From assembly GCA_003525075.1 (NCBI GenBank), contig DQFO01000014.1, forward strand, positions 64,032-128,031: 64,000 nt of DNA, read 5' to 3'. The notes under the pieces are model-generated. The model made no database searches and was not told where the DNA came from. It worked only from the letters and a program-made list of their open reading frames with translations. Within the stretch, counting starts at the first letter, position 1, and each line of letters opens with the position of its first letter. Both the position numbers and the translations under genes were made by a program. The DNA is from Clostridiales bacterium. Lineage in GTDB: Bacteria > Bacillota > Clostridia > TANB77 > CAG-508. Shown piece after piece: positions 19,398-28,460 of the stretch.

Positions 19398-19425
19398 TAA
19401 AAAAGTCAATAATAATATTGACTTT
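19398..19425 (-). terminator. Intrinsic terminator after cwlD
   Basis: 10-bp perfect stem aaagtcaata (19402-19411) / tattgacttt (19416-19425) abutting the cwlD stop. A U-run follows on the minus strand. Confidence 0.6.
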
Positions 19426-20132
19426 AATCGTAAAAATAATCAATTATTCCATTATACATTCCCCATGCTAATCTGTTTTGATAATCATCTTCTAAAAGCT
19501 TTTTTTCTTCAGTTGGATTTGATAAAAATCCACATTCTACAATTGTAATTGGAATCTCTACATGTTTTATTATATATATGTTCTCTATTGTTTTCGCCAC
19601 TCTATTATTTTCTTTTTGAATCGCTTCATTTAAATTATTTTGTATTGATATTGCAAGTTTTTTTCCTTCTTCACTCCCTTGCTTATAAAATGTTTGCCAA
19701 CCGTCATATTGTTGTTGTGGGATTTTGTTCAAATGTATTGATACAAACAAATCAGCAGAACTTTCATTTCCAATTTTTACTCTATTATGTATGTCTGATA
19801 TTTTTTTCTGTTTTAATGTTTTGGCCTCTATATCATATATAGCATTTTCATCTGAGCGTGTTAATATTACTATTGTTCCACTTTGTTCTAATAAATTTTG
19901 TAATTTTAATGCAATTTTCAAATTTGTTGCAGCTTCTGTTGTTCCTGTACTACTTTGTGCCCCTTCATCTGGTTTTCCATGTCCGTGCATCTATTACTAT
20001 AGTTTTTCCAGAGACTGGTAATGATACTGTTGGTACTATTTCTTTCTTATCTTTTATAAGTGTAAATACTAATATTGACAAAAATACACTGAATACAATA
20101 AATGTTATTCTTTTTTTTCTTAATAAAATCAT
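19424..20132 (-). pseudogene. cwlD: Germination-specific N-acetylmuramoyl-L-alanine amidase CwlD, interrupted by a +1 frameshift
   Basis: The ORF track covers only 19424..19990 (MHGHGKPDEGA...). My own translation from ATG 20132 gives MILLRKKRITFIVFSVFLSILVFTLIKDKKEIVPTVSLPVSGKTIVIDARTWKTR*. Removing one base near 19985 restores TIVIDAGHGKPDEGA, the amidase_3 DxGHG motif. Confidence 0.7.
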
Positions 20133-20181
20133 AATAAAACTCCCATACTTTTTTTATAATTGTATGCAATTTTTTTATTAT

Positions 20182-20724
20182 TTATGTTTTAGATATTTCT
20201 TTTCTAATCTGTTTTAGTTTTTTTATTTCATTATCAAAGTCTTCTTTATCCCAAAAACAAAATGTATACATTGAATCATTTTTTTCTCTTGCTAATTCCA
20301 TTTCTTCTATTGTTACATATTTTACATCTGAAACTTCCTCTTTTTGTAATGTATACTCATTTATTTTATAATTAACTTTAAAAATAAAATTATATGAAAA
20401 TCTTTTGGTTTTATCATTACTTTTATGAATATCATATATTTTTATTTGATTTTTTGGAATCTCTATACCTAGTTCTTCTTTTACTTCTCTGAATATAGCA
20501 TTTTCAACACTTTCGCCACTATCTACTTGTCCACCAGTTTTGGCCCATTTGTTAGGATTCTTCTTTTTATTACTAGATCTTTTTTGAAGTAGAATCTCAC
20601 CTTTTTCATTCATTATCCAACATGATACAGTTCTTCTCCAAAGTCCTTTTTCATAAGCTATTTCTCTTTCTTCAATTTGACCAGTAAATTCATTATTCTC
20701 ATTTACAATATCAATTAATTCCAT
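20182..20724 (-). CDS. NUDIX hydrolase
   Basis: Nudix box GGQVDSGESVENAIFREVKEELGI. The likely start is MELIDIV at 20724, preceded by GAGGAGAG. The ORF track extends to 20778. Confidence 0.85.
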   Translation of the reverse strand: MELIDIVNENNEFTGQIEEREIAYEKGLWRRTVSCWIMNEKGEILLQKRSSNKKKNPNKWAKTGGQVDSGESVENAIFREVKEELGIEIPKNQIKIYDIHKSNDKTKRFSYNFIFKVNYKINEYTLQKEEVSDVKYVTIEEMELAREKNDSMYTFCFWDKEDFDNEIKKLKQIRKEISKT

Positions 20725-20809
20725 CTTCTCTCCTCTCTCATAATTAATTTTATCATTTATATATTTTTTATGCAACAAGAAAAAATTGCAAATTTCTCAA
20801 TCTGCAATT

Positions 20810-21151
20810 TTATATATAATAAATAATTATTCCTATCAAAATTAATAGATTTCCTATTAATTTCTTTTTAGTTATTTTTTCTTTTAAAATTCTATTACTT
20901 AAAATCATTACGAAAATATATCCTAATGATTCTATAATTGGCTCATTTTTATATGGAACTCCTTTTAATCCTAAAACTACTAAAACTGTTGATAATACCA
21001 TTAATCCATATCCTATTATTACATATGGATTTAAATATTCTTTTATTATTGAATTGTAAGTTTTAGAAGCACTTTTTTTCAAAATTATTTGTGATACAGA
21101 ACTTACTACAACTGCTAATACTAATAAAATTATATATTTACTCATCTTCAC
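20810..21151 (-). CDS. Small 4-TM EamA/SMR-type membrane protein (ArnE-like flippase subunit)
   Basis: 113 aa with 4 hydrophobic segments. It is paired and overlaps with a second similar protein, the arrangement seen for ArnE/ArnF. Confidence 0.6.
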   Translation of the reverse strand: MKMSKYIILLVLAVVVSSVSQIILKKSASKTYNSIIKEYLNPYVIIGYGLMVLSTVLVVLGLKGVPYKNEPIIESLGYIFVMILSNRILKEKITKKKLIGNLLILIGIIIYYI

Positions 21152-21506
21152 TATTTACTATAATTGTACCTGCTATTACAATTATTACTCCTATTACATT
21201 TTTTATTGTTATTGTTTCATTAAATATTAAGATTGCCCATACAATTGACCATAGCAATCCCATTGCTTTATTTGCATATGCAACTGATATATCAAACTTT
21301 TTTATTAATTGTTGCCAAATTATTGCATATACACCTAATATAAGGATTTCTATTCCATAAAATAATATGAACTTAAATGATAAAAATTCTTGTCCTGATG
21401 CAAATTTTGCAAACACTGTTGATAATGTATAAACTGCTATTACTGCTTGTAATATACATATATCTCTAATTTTCGTTTTTTTCTTTACTTCTTTTTCTTT
21501 ATCCAT
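21138..21506 (-). CDS. Small 4-TM EamA/SMR-type membrane protein (ArnF-like flippase subunit)
   Basis: 122 aa with 4 hydrophobic segments. 14-nt overlap with the downstream paralog. Confidence 0.6.
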   Translation of the reverse strand: MDKEKEVKKKTKIRDICILQAVIAVYTLSTVFAKFASGQEFLSFKFILFYGIEILILGVYAIIWQQLIKKFDISVAYANKAMGLLWSIVWAILIFNETITIKNVIGVIIVIAGTIIVNSEDE

Positions 21507-21530
21507 TTTTATTTCCTTTTAAATAATATT

Positions 21531-22646
21531 TTATATTGCTAAAATATAATATCCATATCTTGTTGAACTATCTATAATTTTATGAGAATTTATTTCATCA
21601 ATTGGACTAATATAATAAATATATTCTGGATGTTCTTTCTTTATCTTCTCTAATTCATCTACATCACTTTTGGTGAAAATAAATTTTATTACTGCTTGTT
21701 TTGGATTTGTAACTTTAGTAAAATCTGGTTTATTACCTAATGCTACATCTATTACCATTTTTAAAAAGTCATATCCTGTAGAAATTTGAACTAAGTCTGA
21801 ACCTATACAATCTCCACCCATTCTGGCACCAATTTCTATTATCTTCACTTCTCCTTCAGGTGTAATTTTAAATTCTGCATGTGATGCACTATTTTTTATT
21901 TTTAAACTATTTAATCCTGCAATCACTTCTTTTTTTACCTTTTCTTGCATTTCATTACTTAATCCTGCAGGCTCTGTATGTCCTGTTTCTATAAAATGTG
22001 GTGCACCAGTTGTCTGCTTTCTAGTTATTGTTAATATTGTATGTTCTCCATTATATGTAATACCTTCTGCACTGAATTCATCACCATCAATATATTCTTC
22101 TACAATAGCTTTTTTTTCAAATGATACTTCTATTGCATCTCTAATTGCTGTTTTTAACTTTTCTTCATCATTCAAATCTTCTATTTTAGTAATTGATCTA
22201 CTTCCAGATCTATCTGTCGGTTTTACAATTATTGGGGTCTTCATTTCCTTTATTTTAGATAAATCATTAACATCTGATATTTCAAAAAATTTAGGTACTG
22301 ATACACCATATTTTTGAAATGCCTTTCTCATTTCATATTTATTCGTTGAAATTTTAGTACATTCTAAACTATTTCCAGCAAGTCCTAATTTTTCAGCTAA
22401 ATAATTTACTGTTAATGTTGCCAAATCTGATGCAACAGATGTAATTGCATCAGGCTTAATTTCTTTGCATTTTTCTAATATCTTTTCTTTTTCTATTATA
22501 CTAATTGGATAAAAATAATCTGCAAATTCTGCCCCAACAGCTCCATCTGCCCAAGCGAAAACATGTGTCTCATATCCTAATTGTTTCGCTTTTTTTATTA
22601 ATGGCATTTGAAAATTATTTGCCCCTATTATAACAATTTTTTTCAT
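21531..22646 (-). CDS. ATP-grasp domain ligase
   Basis: 371 aa. KIVIIGANNFQMPLIKKAKQLGYETHVF pre-ATP-grasp region, IVKPTDRSGSR, and the glycine-rich/Mg-binding region EIGARMGGD. Confidence 0.75.
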   Translation of the reverse strand: MKKIVIIGANNFQMPLIKKAKQLGYETHVFAWADGAVGAEFADYFYPISIIEKEKILEKCKEIKPDAITSVASDLATLTVNYLAEKLGLAGNSLECTKISTNKYEMRKAFQKYGVSVPKFFEISDVNDLSKIKEMKTPIIVKPTDRSGSRSITKIEDLNDEEKLKTAIRDAIEVSFEKKAIVEEYIDGDEFSAEGITYNGEHTILTITRKQTTGAPHFIETGHTEPAGLSNEMQEKVKKEVIAGLNSLKIKNSASHAEFKITPEGEVKIIEIGARMGGDCIGSDLVQISTGYDFLKMVIDVALGNKPDFTKVTNPKQAVIKFIFTKSDVDELEKIKKEHPEYIYYISPIDEINSHKIIDSSTRYGYYILAI

Positions 22647-22668
22647 TAAAAAATCTCACCTTCTGTAA

Positions 22669-23799
22669 TTATTTTTGATAAAATTCTTTTATTCTTTTTA
22701 TTACTTCATCTTGATCTTGCTTTGTTAGTCCATAATACATTGGAAGTCTAATTAATTTTTCGCTTTCTATTGTAGTAAATTCATCTTTTCCATTAAATCT
22801 TCCAAATCTCTTTCCTGCTGGAGAATCATGTAATGGTATATAATGGAATACTGCTTGTATACCATTGTCTTTTAAATATTTTATTAAGCTTGTTCTTTCA
22901 TCTAAACTTCTTGCTTTTATATAAAACATATGTGCATTATGTGTACTATATTCTGGAACTGTTTGTATTTTTATTAATCCTTTTTTTTCTAATTCTTCTA
23001 AATTCTTTTTATAATAATTCCATGAACTTAATCTTGCATTATTAATTTCTTCTGCTTTATCTAATTGTGGATATAAATAAGCACAATTTAGCTCACTTGG
23101 TAAATATGATGAACCATAATCTACCCATGTATATTTGTCAATTTCACCTCTAAAGAATTTATTTCTGTTTGTTCCTTTTTCTCTTATTATTTCTGCTCTT
23201 TCAATTAAATCAGGATCATTTATTACTACTGCTCCACCTTCGCCCATACTATAATTTTTTGTTTCATGGAAACTATAACAACCAATGTCTCCAATTGTTC
23301 CAAGATATTTGTCTTTATATTTAGCCATAAATCCTTGTGCTGCATCTTCTACAACTTTTAAATTATGTTCTTTAGCAATTTTCATTACTTTATCCATATC
23401 TGGTGAAATTCCTGCATAATGAACAACAGCAATTGCTTTTGTTTTATCTGTTATTGCTTCTTTTATTTTTTCTTCATCTATATTCATTGTATCAGGATTT
23501 ACATCTACAAAAACAACCTTTGCCCCTACCATTACAAATGCATCAGCAGTTGATACAAATGTATATGATGGCATTATTACTTCATCACCTGGTTTTAAAT
23601 CTAATAATATTGCTGCCATCTCTAATGCTGATGTACAAGATGTTGTCATTAATACTTTATGAGCATTAAATTTATTTTCCATCCATTCACTACATTTTTT
23701 AGTAAATGCTCCATCACCACAAATTTTTCTACTTTCTGCAGCTTCTTTTATACAATCTATTGATTCTTTTATATAAATTGGTACATTAAACCCTATCAT
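22669..23799 (-). CDS. DegT/DnrJ/EryC1/StrS-family sugar aminotransferase (WecE/ArnB-like)
   Basis: 376 aa. TSCTSALEMA, SYTFVSTADAF and the PLP-lysine region SFHETKNYSMGEGG are typical of nucleotide-sugar 4-aminotransferases. Confidence 0.85.
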   Translation of the reverse strand: MIGFNVPIYIKESIDCIKEAAESRKICGDGAFTKKCSEWMENKFNAHKVLMTTSCTSALEMAAILLDLKPGDEVIMPSYTFVSTADAFVMVGAKVVFVDVNPDTMNIDEEKIKEAITDKTKAIAVVHYAGISPDMDKVMKIAKEHNLKVVEDAAQGFMAKYKDKYLGTIGDIGCYSFHETKNYSMGEGGAVVINDPDLIERAEIIREKGTNRNKFFRGEIDKYTWVDYGSSYLPSELNCAYLYPQLDKAEEINNARLSSWNYYKKNLEELEKKGLIKIQTVPEYSTHNAHMFYIKARSLDERTSLIKYLKDNGIQAVFHYIPLHDSPAGKRFGRFNGKDEFTTIESEKLIRLPMYYGLTKQDQDEVIKRIKEFYQK

Positions 23800-23815
23800 T
23801 TTTACCCTCTTCTTT

Positions 23816-25201
23816 CTATTTATATGTTGGTATTATATATCCAAATAATGCTCTTTGTGCTATTAAGATTATAATTACCATTATTACTATAATTATTATA
23901 TTTCTAATTTTTTCTGACTTTATAAATTTTTCTAAAATAGTTTTTATTCCACTAACTATAAAATATGTAAATGGTATTATTATCCCCATTATATATCTTC
24001 CTTGTGCTTGATAATCACTTGTATATGAATAATATATGCTTAAAATAATAGGAATTATAATTGATGGAATAAATATATAATTTAATAAATATCTATTTTT
24101 TTCTTTTTTATTATAAATAAATAATTCTTTAAAATTGATTAGACATCCTATAATTCCAAGTCCCCATAATATTAAGTAAAATTGATAAATTCTACTAGAC
24201 ATTATTATATTTTGATACCCAAAAATTCCAACAAAGCTTTTTAATGTTGTCTTTATCCAATCATCCTTTATCAACATATCCATTACTGATTCATTATTTT
24301 TTTGTGGTGTTTCTCTTTTTGATGGTTTATATTTATCAATTGCATATTTGTCTCCACATTCCACCTGTGTTTTCATTCCTAATATATCACCATCATAAAT
24401 AATTGCATTTCTTATAAACCACCACCCAGCAACTGCAAATGCCATTAATGCTACTATTAATACTTTTTGAAGTATTTCTTTAATTTTCATCTTATTAGAA
24501 ATTACTGATACTAAACAAAGTATAACACTACATAAGATATATCCATAAGCATTATAATATGTAAGAGAACAAAATCCTATTGAAAGTCCTAATAATATAC
24601 AATGTTTTGTCTTCCAATTACTTTCTAATCCTAAAATCCATAAATATATTATCATTGTTGTTGCCAATACTGCTGTAGAATCATTATTTATATATGATGC
24701 TAAAAATGCCGTTATTGGTTGAAATACTATAATTACTATAAATAAATATTTATATATTCCTTTCAATAATTTTTGAGCTATTTTAACTACAAAATATACA
24801 GATACTGTCATACTTATTGTACTTACAAGTCTTGCAGCAACAACTAATGCAAATTTATCATTTGTGAAAAATGATGCTATTTTAACAAAAACACCACCTA
24901 TCATATATGTAAGAATTGGTTGAAATGCATATGATATTCCCCAATCAGGTTCTCTTATTTCTTCATTACCTCCTTGTGGAATACTGCCATGTTTAGCTAT
25001 ATATTTACATATCTTCCACTTCATTCCTTCATCAGGACACTTATTAAATGGTTGAGAAACTGTCCATATAAGAAAATATGAAAATACAAAAATTAAAAAA
25101 ATTCCTAATATTAATTTTTTATGTTTTTTACATTTTTCGACAAAATTTGTAATATTTATTTTTTTATATTTTTTTATTTCATTTGTCATCTTTTTTCTCA
25201 T
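23816..25201 (-). CDS. GT-C fold membrane glycosyltransferase (ArnT/PMT-like)
   Basis: 461 aa with more than 10 TM segments and an N-terminal loop containing PDEGMKW. It is adjacent to a polyprenyl-phosphate GT2 with a 23-nt overlap. Confidence 0.7.
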   Translation of the reverse strand: MRKKMTNEIKKYKKINITNFVEKCKKHKKLILGIFLIFVFSYFLIWTVSQPFNKCPDEGMKWKICKYIAKHGSIPQGGNEEIREPDWGISYAFQPILTYMIGGVFVKIASFFTNDKFALVVAARLVSTISMTVSVYFVVKIAQKLLKGIYKYLFIVIIVFQPITAFLASYINNDSTAVLATTMIIYLWILGLESNWKTKHCILLGLSIGFCSLTYYNAYGYILCSVILCLVSVISNKMKIKEILQKVLIVALMAFAVAGWWFIRNAIIYDGDILGMKTQVECGDKYAIDKYKPSKRETPQKNNESVMDMLIKDDWIKTTLKSFVGIFGYQNIIMSSRIYQFYLILWGLGIIGCLINFKELFIYNKKEKNRYLLNYIFIPSIIIPIILSIYYSYTSDYQAQGRYIMGIIIPFTYFIVSGIKTILEKFIKSEKIRNIIIIVIMVIIILIAQRALFGYIIPTYK

Positions 25202-26126
25202 CCCCTTTTTCCACTTTTTCTATGATATATGGTGGTCTTTTTCTTGCAGCATCATATGTTCTCCATAAGTATTCTCCTATAATTCCTATTGATAACATAA
25301 TTACTCCAAATCCCATAAGCATAATCATTACAAGCGAAGTATAACCTTCAACATCTATTTTACCAGTTATCTTTTTATATACTATTGCAATTAATAAAAC
25401 TAAAGATAATAATGATGTTAAAAATCCAGTTGTTGTTATTAATTTTACTGGGAAATATGAAAAACTTAGTAATGAATCATATACTAGTTTTATTTTTTTA
25501 GATAATGTCCATCTTGACTTTCCTATTTCTCTTTTCTTTCTTATATATGGAACTGTTGTTGTTTCAAAACCAGCCCATAAAATTTGACTCATTAATGATG
25601 TATTTTTTTCTTGCATATTAACTAATAAATTTATAACTTGTCTATCTATTAAAAATGAATCAAATCCTCCCTTAGGCATATTATGAAGTGCTAATTTTCT
25701 CATTAAAAATGCATATAAATTTGAAAACATTTTTTGAGTTAATGGTTCTTCCCTATCAGCCCTTGTTGCTAATACCACTTTATAACCTTCATCATATTTT
25801 TGTATCATATCTAATATCATTTCAGATGGTTCTTGTAAATCAGCAGCTTTTCTTACTGCACAATCCCCCGTACATTGTGATAGACCTGCTAATATTGCCG
25901 AATGTTCTCCAAAATTTCTTGATAGTCTTATTGTCTTTATATTAGAATCTATTTTTGCTAATTCTTTCATTACACTATATGAATCATCTTTTGACCCATC
26001 ATCTACAAATATTAGCTCATATCCTATATCAAGTTTTGATAATACCTTTTCTTTTAAATCAGCATATAATGGTAGTAAATTATCATGATTATAATATACT
26101 GGTACTACTATTGATATTTTCTTCAT
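25179..26126 (-). CDS. Polyprenyl-phosphate glycosyltransferase, GT2 with two C-terminal TM helices (ArnC/GtrB-like)
   Basis: ISIVVPVYYNHDNL, FVDDGSKDDS, RLSRNFGEHSA and ADLQEP, followed by 2 TM helices. This is the classic GtrB/ArnC/DPM1 layout. Confidence 0.85.
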   Translation of the reverse strand: MKKISIVVPVYYNHDNLLPLYADLKEKVLSKLDIGYELIFVDDGSKDDSYSVMKELAKIDSNIKTIRLSRNFGEHSAILAGLSQCTGDCAVRKAADLQEPSEMILDMIQKYDEGYKVVLATRADREEPLTQKMFSNLYAFLMRKLALHNMPKGGFDSFLIDRQVINLLVNMQEKNTSLMSQILWAGFETTTVPYIRKKREIGKSRWTLSKKIKLVYDSLLSFSYFPVKLITTTGFLTSLLSLVLLIAIVYKKITGKIDVEGYTSLVMIMLMGFGVIMLSIGIIGEYLWRTYDAARKRPPYIIEKVEKGDEKKDDK

Positions 26127-26189
26127 CTAAATTTTCCCTCCAATTATTTCGTTGCTATTTTACCATATAATTATCCTGAAATCAATCTT

Positions 26190-26699
26190 TTATTTATTAA
26201 GATTATTCTTAATATTTTCAATGCTTTCATTTAATTTGGATGTACAATATGGACACCTATCTGCTTTTATATTAATTTTATTATAACAATGTGGACAAAT
26301 CTTTGTATCTTCTGCTTTTTTCTCTTCTTGTTTTTCTCCTATTTTTGCAATTTTATTCATAACTTTTACAAGTATAAATATTACAAATGCCATTATCAAA
26401 AAGTTTATTATATCTGTTAAAAATGCTCCATATGTTAGTTTTAATTTTCCAATTTCTAATACCCATTCTGAAAAATTTACTCCTCCAAAACATCCTAAAA
26501 TTGGAGAAATAATATTATTTGTAAATGATGTTACAACACTTTGAAATGCACTTCCTATCAATACACCTACTGCTAAGTCTAAAACATTTCCTCTAAGTGC
26601 GAATTCTTTAAATTCCTTAAAAAACTTTCCTTGTTTTTTCTTTGCTTTTTCTATCGCATCTTTTGCTTCTTTTATTTTTTCTTCATTTTCTTTTTTCAT
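26190..26699 (-). CDS. mscL: Large-conductance mechanosensitive channel MscL with N-terminal K/E extension and C-terminal zinc-ribbon
   Basis: FKEFALRGNVLDLAVGVLIGSAFQSVVTSFTNNIISPILG is the MscL TM1 signature. The C-terminus carries CPHCYNKINIKADRCPYC. Confidence 0.85.
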   Translation of the reverse strand: MKKENEEKIKEAKDAIEKAKKKQGKFFKEFKEFALRGNVLDLAVGVLIGSAFQSVVTSFTNNIISPILGCFGGVNFSEWVLEIGKLKLTYGAFLTDIINFLIMAFVIFILVKVMNKIAKIGEKQEEKKAEDTKICPHCYNKINIKADRCPYCTSKLNESIENIKNNLNK

Positions 26700-26740
26700 T
26701 ATAATATACCTTCTTCCGCTGTTATTATATTACATTTTTA

Positions 26741-26769
26741 TTTACATATCAATATAAAAGTGATATTAT
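26741..26769 (+). promoter_or_regulatory. SigA-type promoter for the PHP gene
   Basis: TTTACA (26741-26746), 17-nt spacer with TGa extended -10, then TATTAT (26764-26769). GAAGGAG RBS before ATG 26791. Confidence 0.5.
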
Positions 26770-26790
26770 ATTTTTGAAGGAGATTTTTAT

Positions 26791-27675
26791 ATGATAGATT
26801 TACATATGCATACAACTTATTCAGATGGCACTGAAAGTTGTAGTACAGTTTTAAAAAAATGCCAAGAAAAAAACTTAAATTTTATTTCAATAACAGATCA
26901 TAATACTGCTTTAGTATATGAAGAGTTAGAAGATCAAAGTATTTCTTCACTTTTTAATGGTCATATTATTTCAGGAATAGAGCTTAATACAAAAGCTTTA
27001 AATATTCCTATAGAAATTCTTGGATATGGTATTGATTACAAAAAAATGAATGAACTTGTAAAAAATGTGTATATTCCCGCTGAAGAAAGAAATAAAATCG
27101 AAGTAAAAAGATTATATGATAAATGTATTAATGCTGGAATTGTCCTAGATAAGAACTGTCTGGAAAACTACTCACCAGATATGTTTGCCTCAACATTTTT
27201 CCATAAAGAAATAACAAAACATGCGGAAAATAAAAAAATATTATCTGAAGAAGCTTGGAATTCTAGTAAAATCTTTTATAGACAATATATGTCTGATCCA
27301 AAAACAAAATTATATGTTGAAATGGATGATTTTGTACCAGACTTTGAAACTGCTAGTAATTTAGTTAGAGAAGCTGGTGGTTTAGTATTTATTCCTCATA
27401 TTTATGAATACAAGAAAAATTCAGAACCTATACTAGAACATATTCTTAAAAATTATAAAATTGATGGTATTGAATGTTATTATACAACATTTACTGAAGA
27501 ACAACATAAAAGATTATTAAATCTTTGTAAAGAACGTAATTTATTTGTTTCAGGTGGTAGTGACTTCCATGGTACTATAAAACCAGATGTAGATATTGGT
27601 GTTGGATATGGAAATATGCAAATTCCTGATGAAATTTTAAATTCTTGGAAAAATAAAATTAAATTTTTCAAATAA
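26791..27675 (+). CDS. PHP-domain metal-dependent phosphoesterase (TrpH/YciV-like)
   Basis: MIDLHMHTTYSDGT and ISITDHNT motifs and a late GGSDFHG. Host-like AT-rich composition. Confidence 0.85.
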   Translation: MIDLHMHTTYSDGTESCSTVLKKCQEKNLNFISITDHNTALVYEELEDQSISSLFNGHIISGIELNTKALNIPIEILGYGIDYKKMNELVKNVYIPAEERNKIEVKRLYDKCINAGIVLDKNCLENYSPDMFASTFFHKEITKHAENKKILSEEAWNSSKIFYRQYMSDPKTKLYVEMDDFVPDFETASNLVREAGGLVFIPHIYEYKKNSEPILEHILKNYKIDGIECYYTTFTEEQHKRLLNLCKERNLFVSGGSDFHGTIKPDVDIGVGYGNMQIPDEILNSWKNKIKFFK

Positions 27676-27678
27676 AAT

Positions 27679-27707
27679 TTGACACATTTCGATTTTTGGT
27701 ATATAAT
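27679..27707 (+). promoter_or_regulatory. Sigma-70/SigA-type promoter, perfect consensus, starting 3 nt after the PHP stop codon
   Basis: TTGACA (27679-27684), 17-nt spacer, TATAAT (27702-27707). A 76-nt leader runs to ATG 27784. Confidence 0.65.
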
Positions 27708-27783
27708 TAATATATTAACCCATTGTATGGATTTGCTATTCAAAAATCGGATAGTAAAAAACAATTTATGGAGGTATGGCACT

Positions 27784-28416
27784 ATGACTACTCGTTGGAT
27801 TGCTGTTACTGGCTTGGACGGAAGTGGCAAAACCACTTTGGTCGACAATCTCGTTAAATTTCTCGAATCTAAGGGATTCAAGGTTTACCGGGATCGTTTC
27901 CCCCACGATAAGTATTTGACCAAGACTCTCTTGAATGAGAGCAAGGATGCTTATACTGATCGTCTGCTCTTTGCACTGGATAATCGCATCGCGGGTACTC
28001 ACCTGCGTGGCATCATTGAGACTGGTGAATATGATTTCATAGTTACTCAGCGTTGTTTCCTGGACAGTTTTGTCCATGGTGCAGTTCAGGGCTATTCCTA
28101 TTCTTGGGTGTCTGAACTCAATCATGTCAGAGATCTTCCCAAGTGTGACATTATGGTCCACATGGTCGCAGAAGCCCGCATCGCGTATGCGCGCATTTGC
28201 AATGATCCTGATGCTGATAAGTTCGAATATCCTGAATACATCGGCAAACAAGAGCAAGAAACCCGGCGGGCATATGTTGAAGTTGAAGCGCATAACAATC
28301 CTGCACTCATCCACTTTAACACTTGCCAAAACATCTACATGGACACCACTCAGATGTCCACTGATGAGGTCTTCGAAACGGTAAGCTCTAAGCTCGTTAA
28401 GATGCTCAACCTCTAA
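27784..28416 (+). CDS. Thymidylate-kinase-like P-loop nucleotide kinase (divergent), on a GC-rich foreign island
   Basis: GGAGG (27770-27774) lies 9 nt before ATG 27784. The ORF-track start at 27679 is the TTG of the -35 box. Walker A IAVTGLDGSGKTT is Tmk-type, and LLFALDNR resembles Tmk LLFxADR. The DRY/DRH position reads TQRCF. 29/60 G+C in the first 60 nt. Confidence 0.75.
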   Translation: MTTRWIAVTGLDGSGKTTLVDNLVKFLESKGFKVYRDRFPHDKYLTKTLLNESKDAYTDRLLFALDNRIAGTHLRGIIETGEYDFIVTQRCFLDSFVHGAVQGYSYSWVSELNHVRDLPKCDIMVHMVAEARIAYARICNDPDADKFEYPEYIGKQEQETRRAYVEVEAHNNPALIHFNTCQNIYMDTTQMSTDEVFETVSSKLVKMLNL

Positions 28417-28421
28417 AAAAT

Positions 28422-28460
28422 AAAGCCCAAGTAGCGTATACGTTACTTGGGCTTTATTTT
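28422..28460. terminator. GC-rich bidirectional intrinsic terminator between convergent genes
   Basis: Stem aaagcccaagtagcg / cgttacttgggcttt (15 bp including one G-U) with a tata loop. A-run before and T-run after. Confidence 0.8.

Noticed and set aside
27708-27783. Possible preQ1-I-like riboswitch in the kinase leader: a 6-bp stem CUAUUC/GGAUAG followed by the tail UAAAAAAC and then the SD.
   Set aside because: The loop is only 7 nt and lacks the conserved preQ1-I loop nucleotides. The resemblance is limited to an A-rich tail, and I cannot support a riboswitch call.
27480-28384. The N-terminal extension of the kinase ORF from TTG 27679, and the overlapping or antisense ORFs 27480-27881, 27766-28329, 28070-28384 and 28122-28334.
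   Set aside because: The TTG is the -35 hexamer of the promoter. The real start, ATG 27784, has GGAGG at proper spacing and begins right before the Walker A motif. The antisense ORFs are stop-poor artefacts of the GC-rich island.
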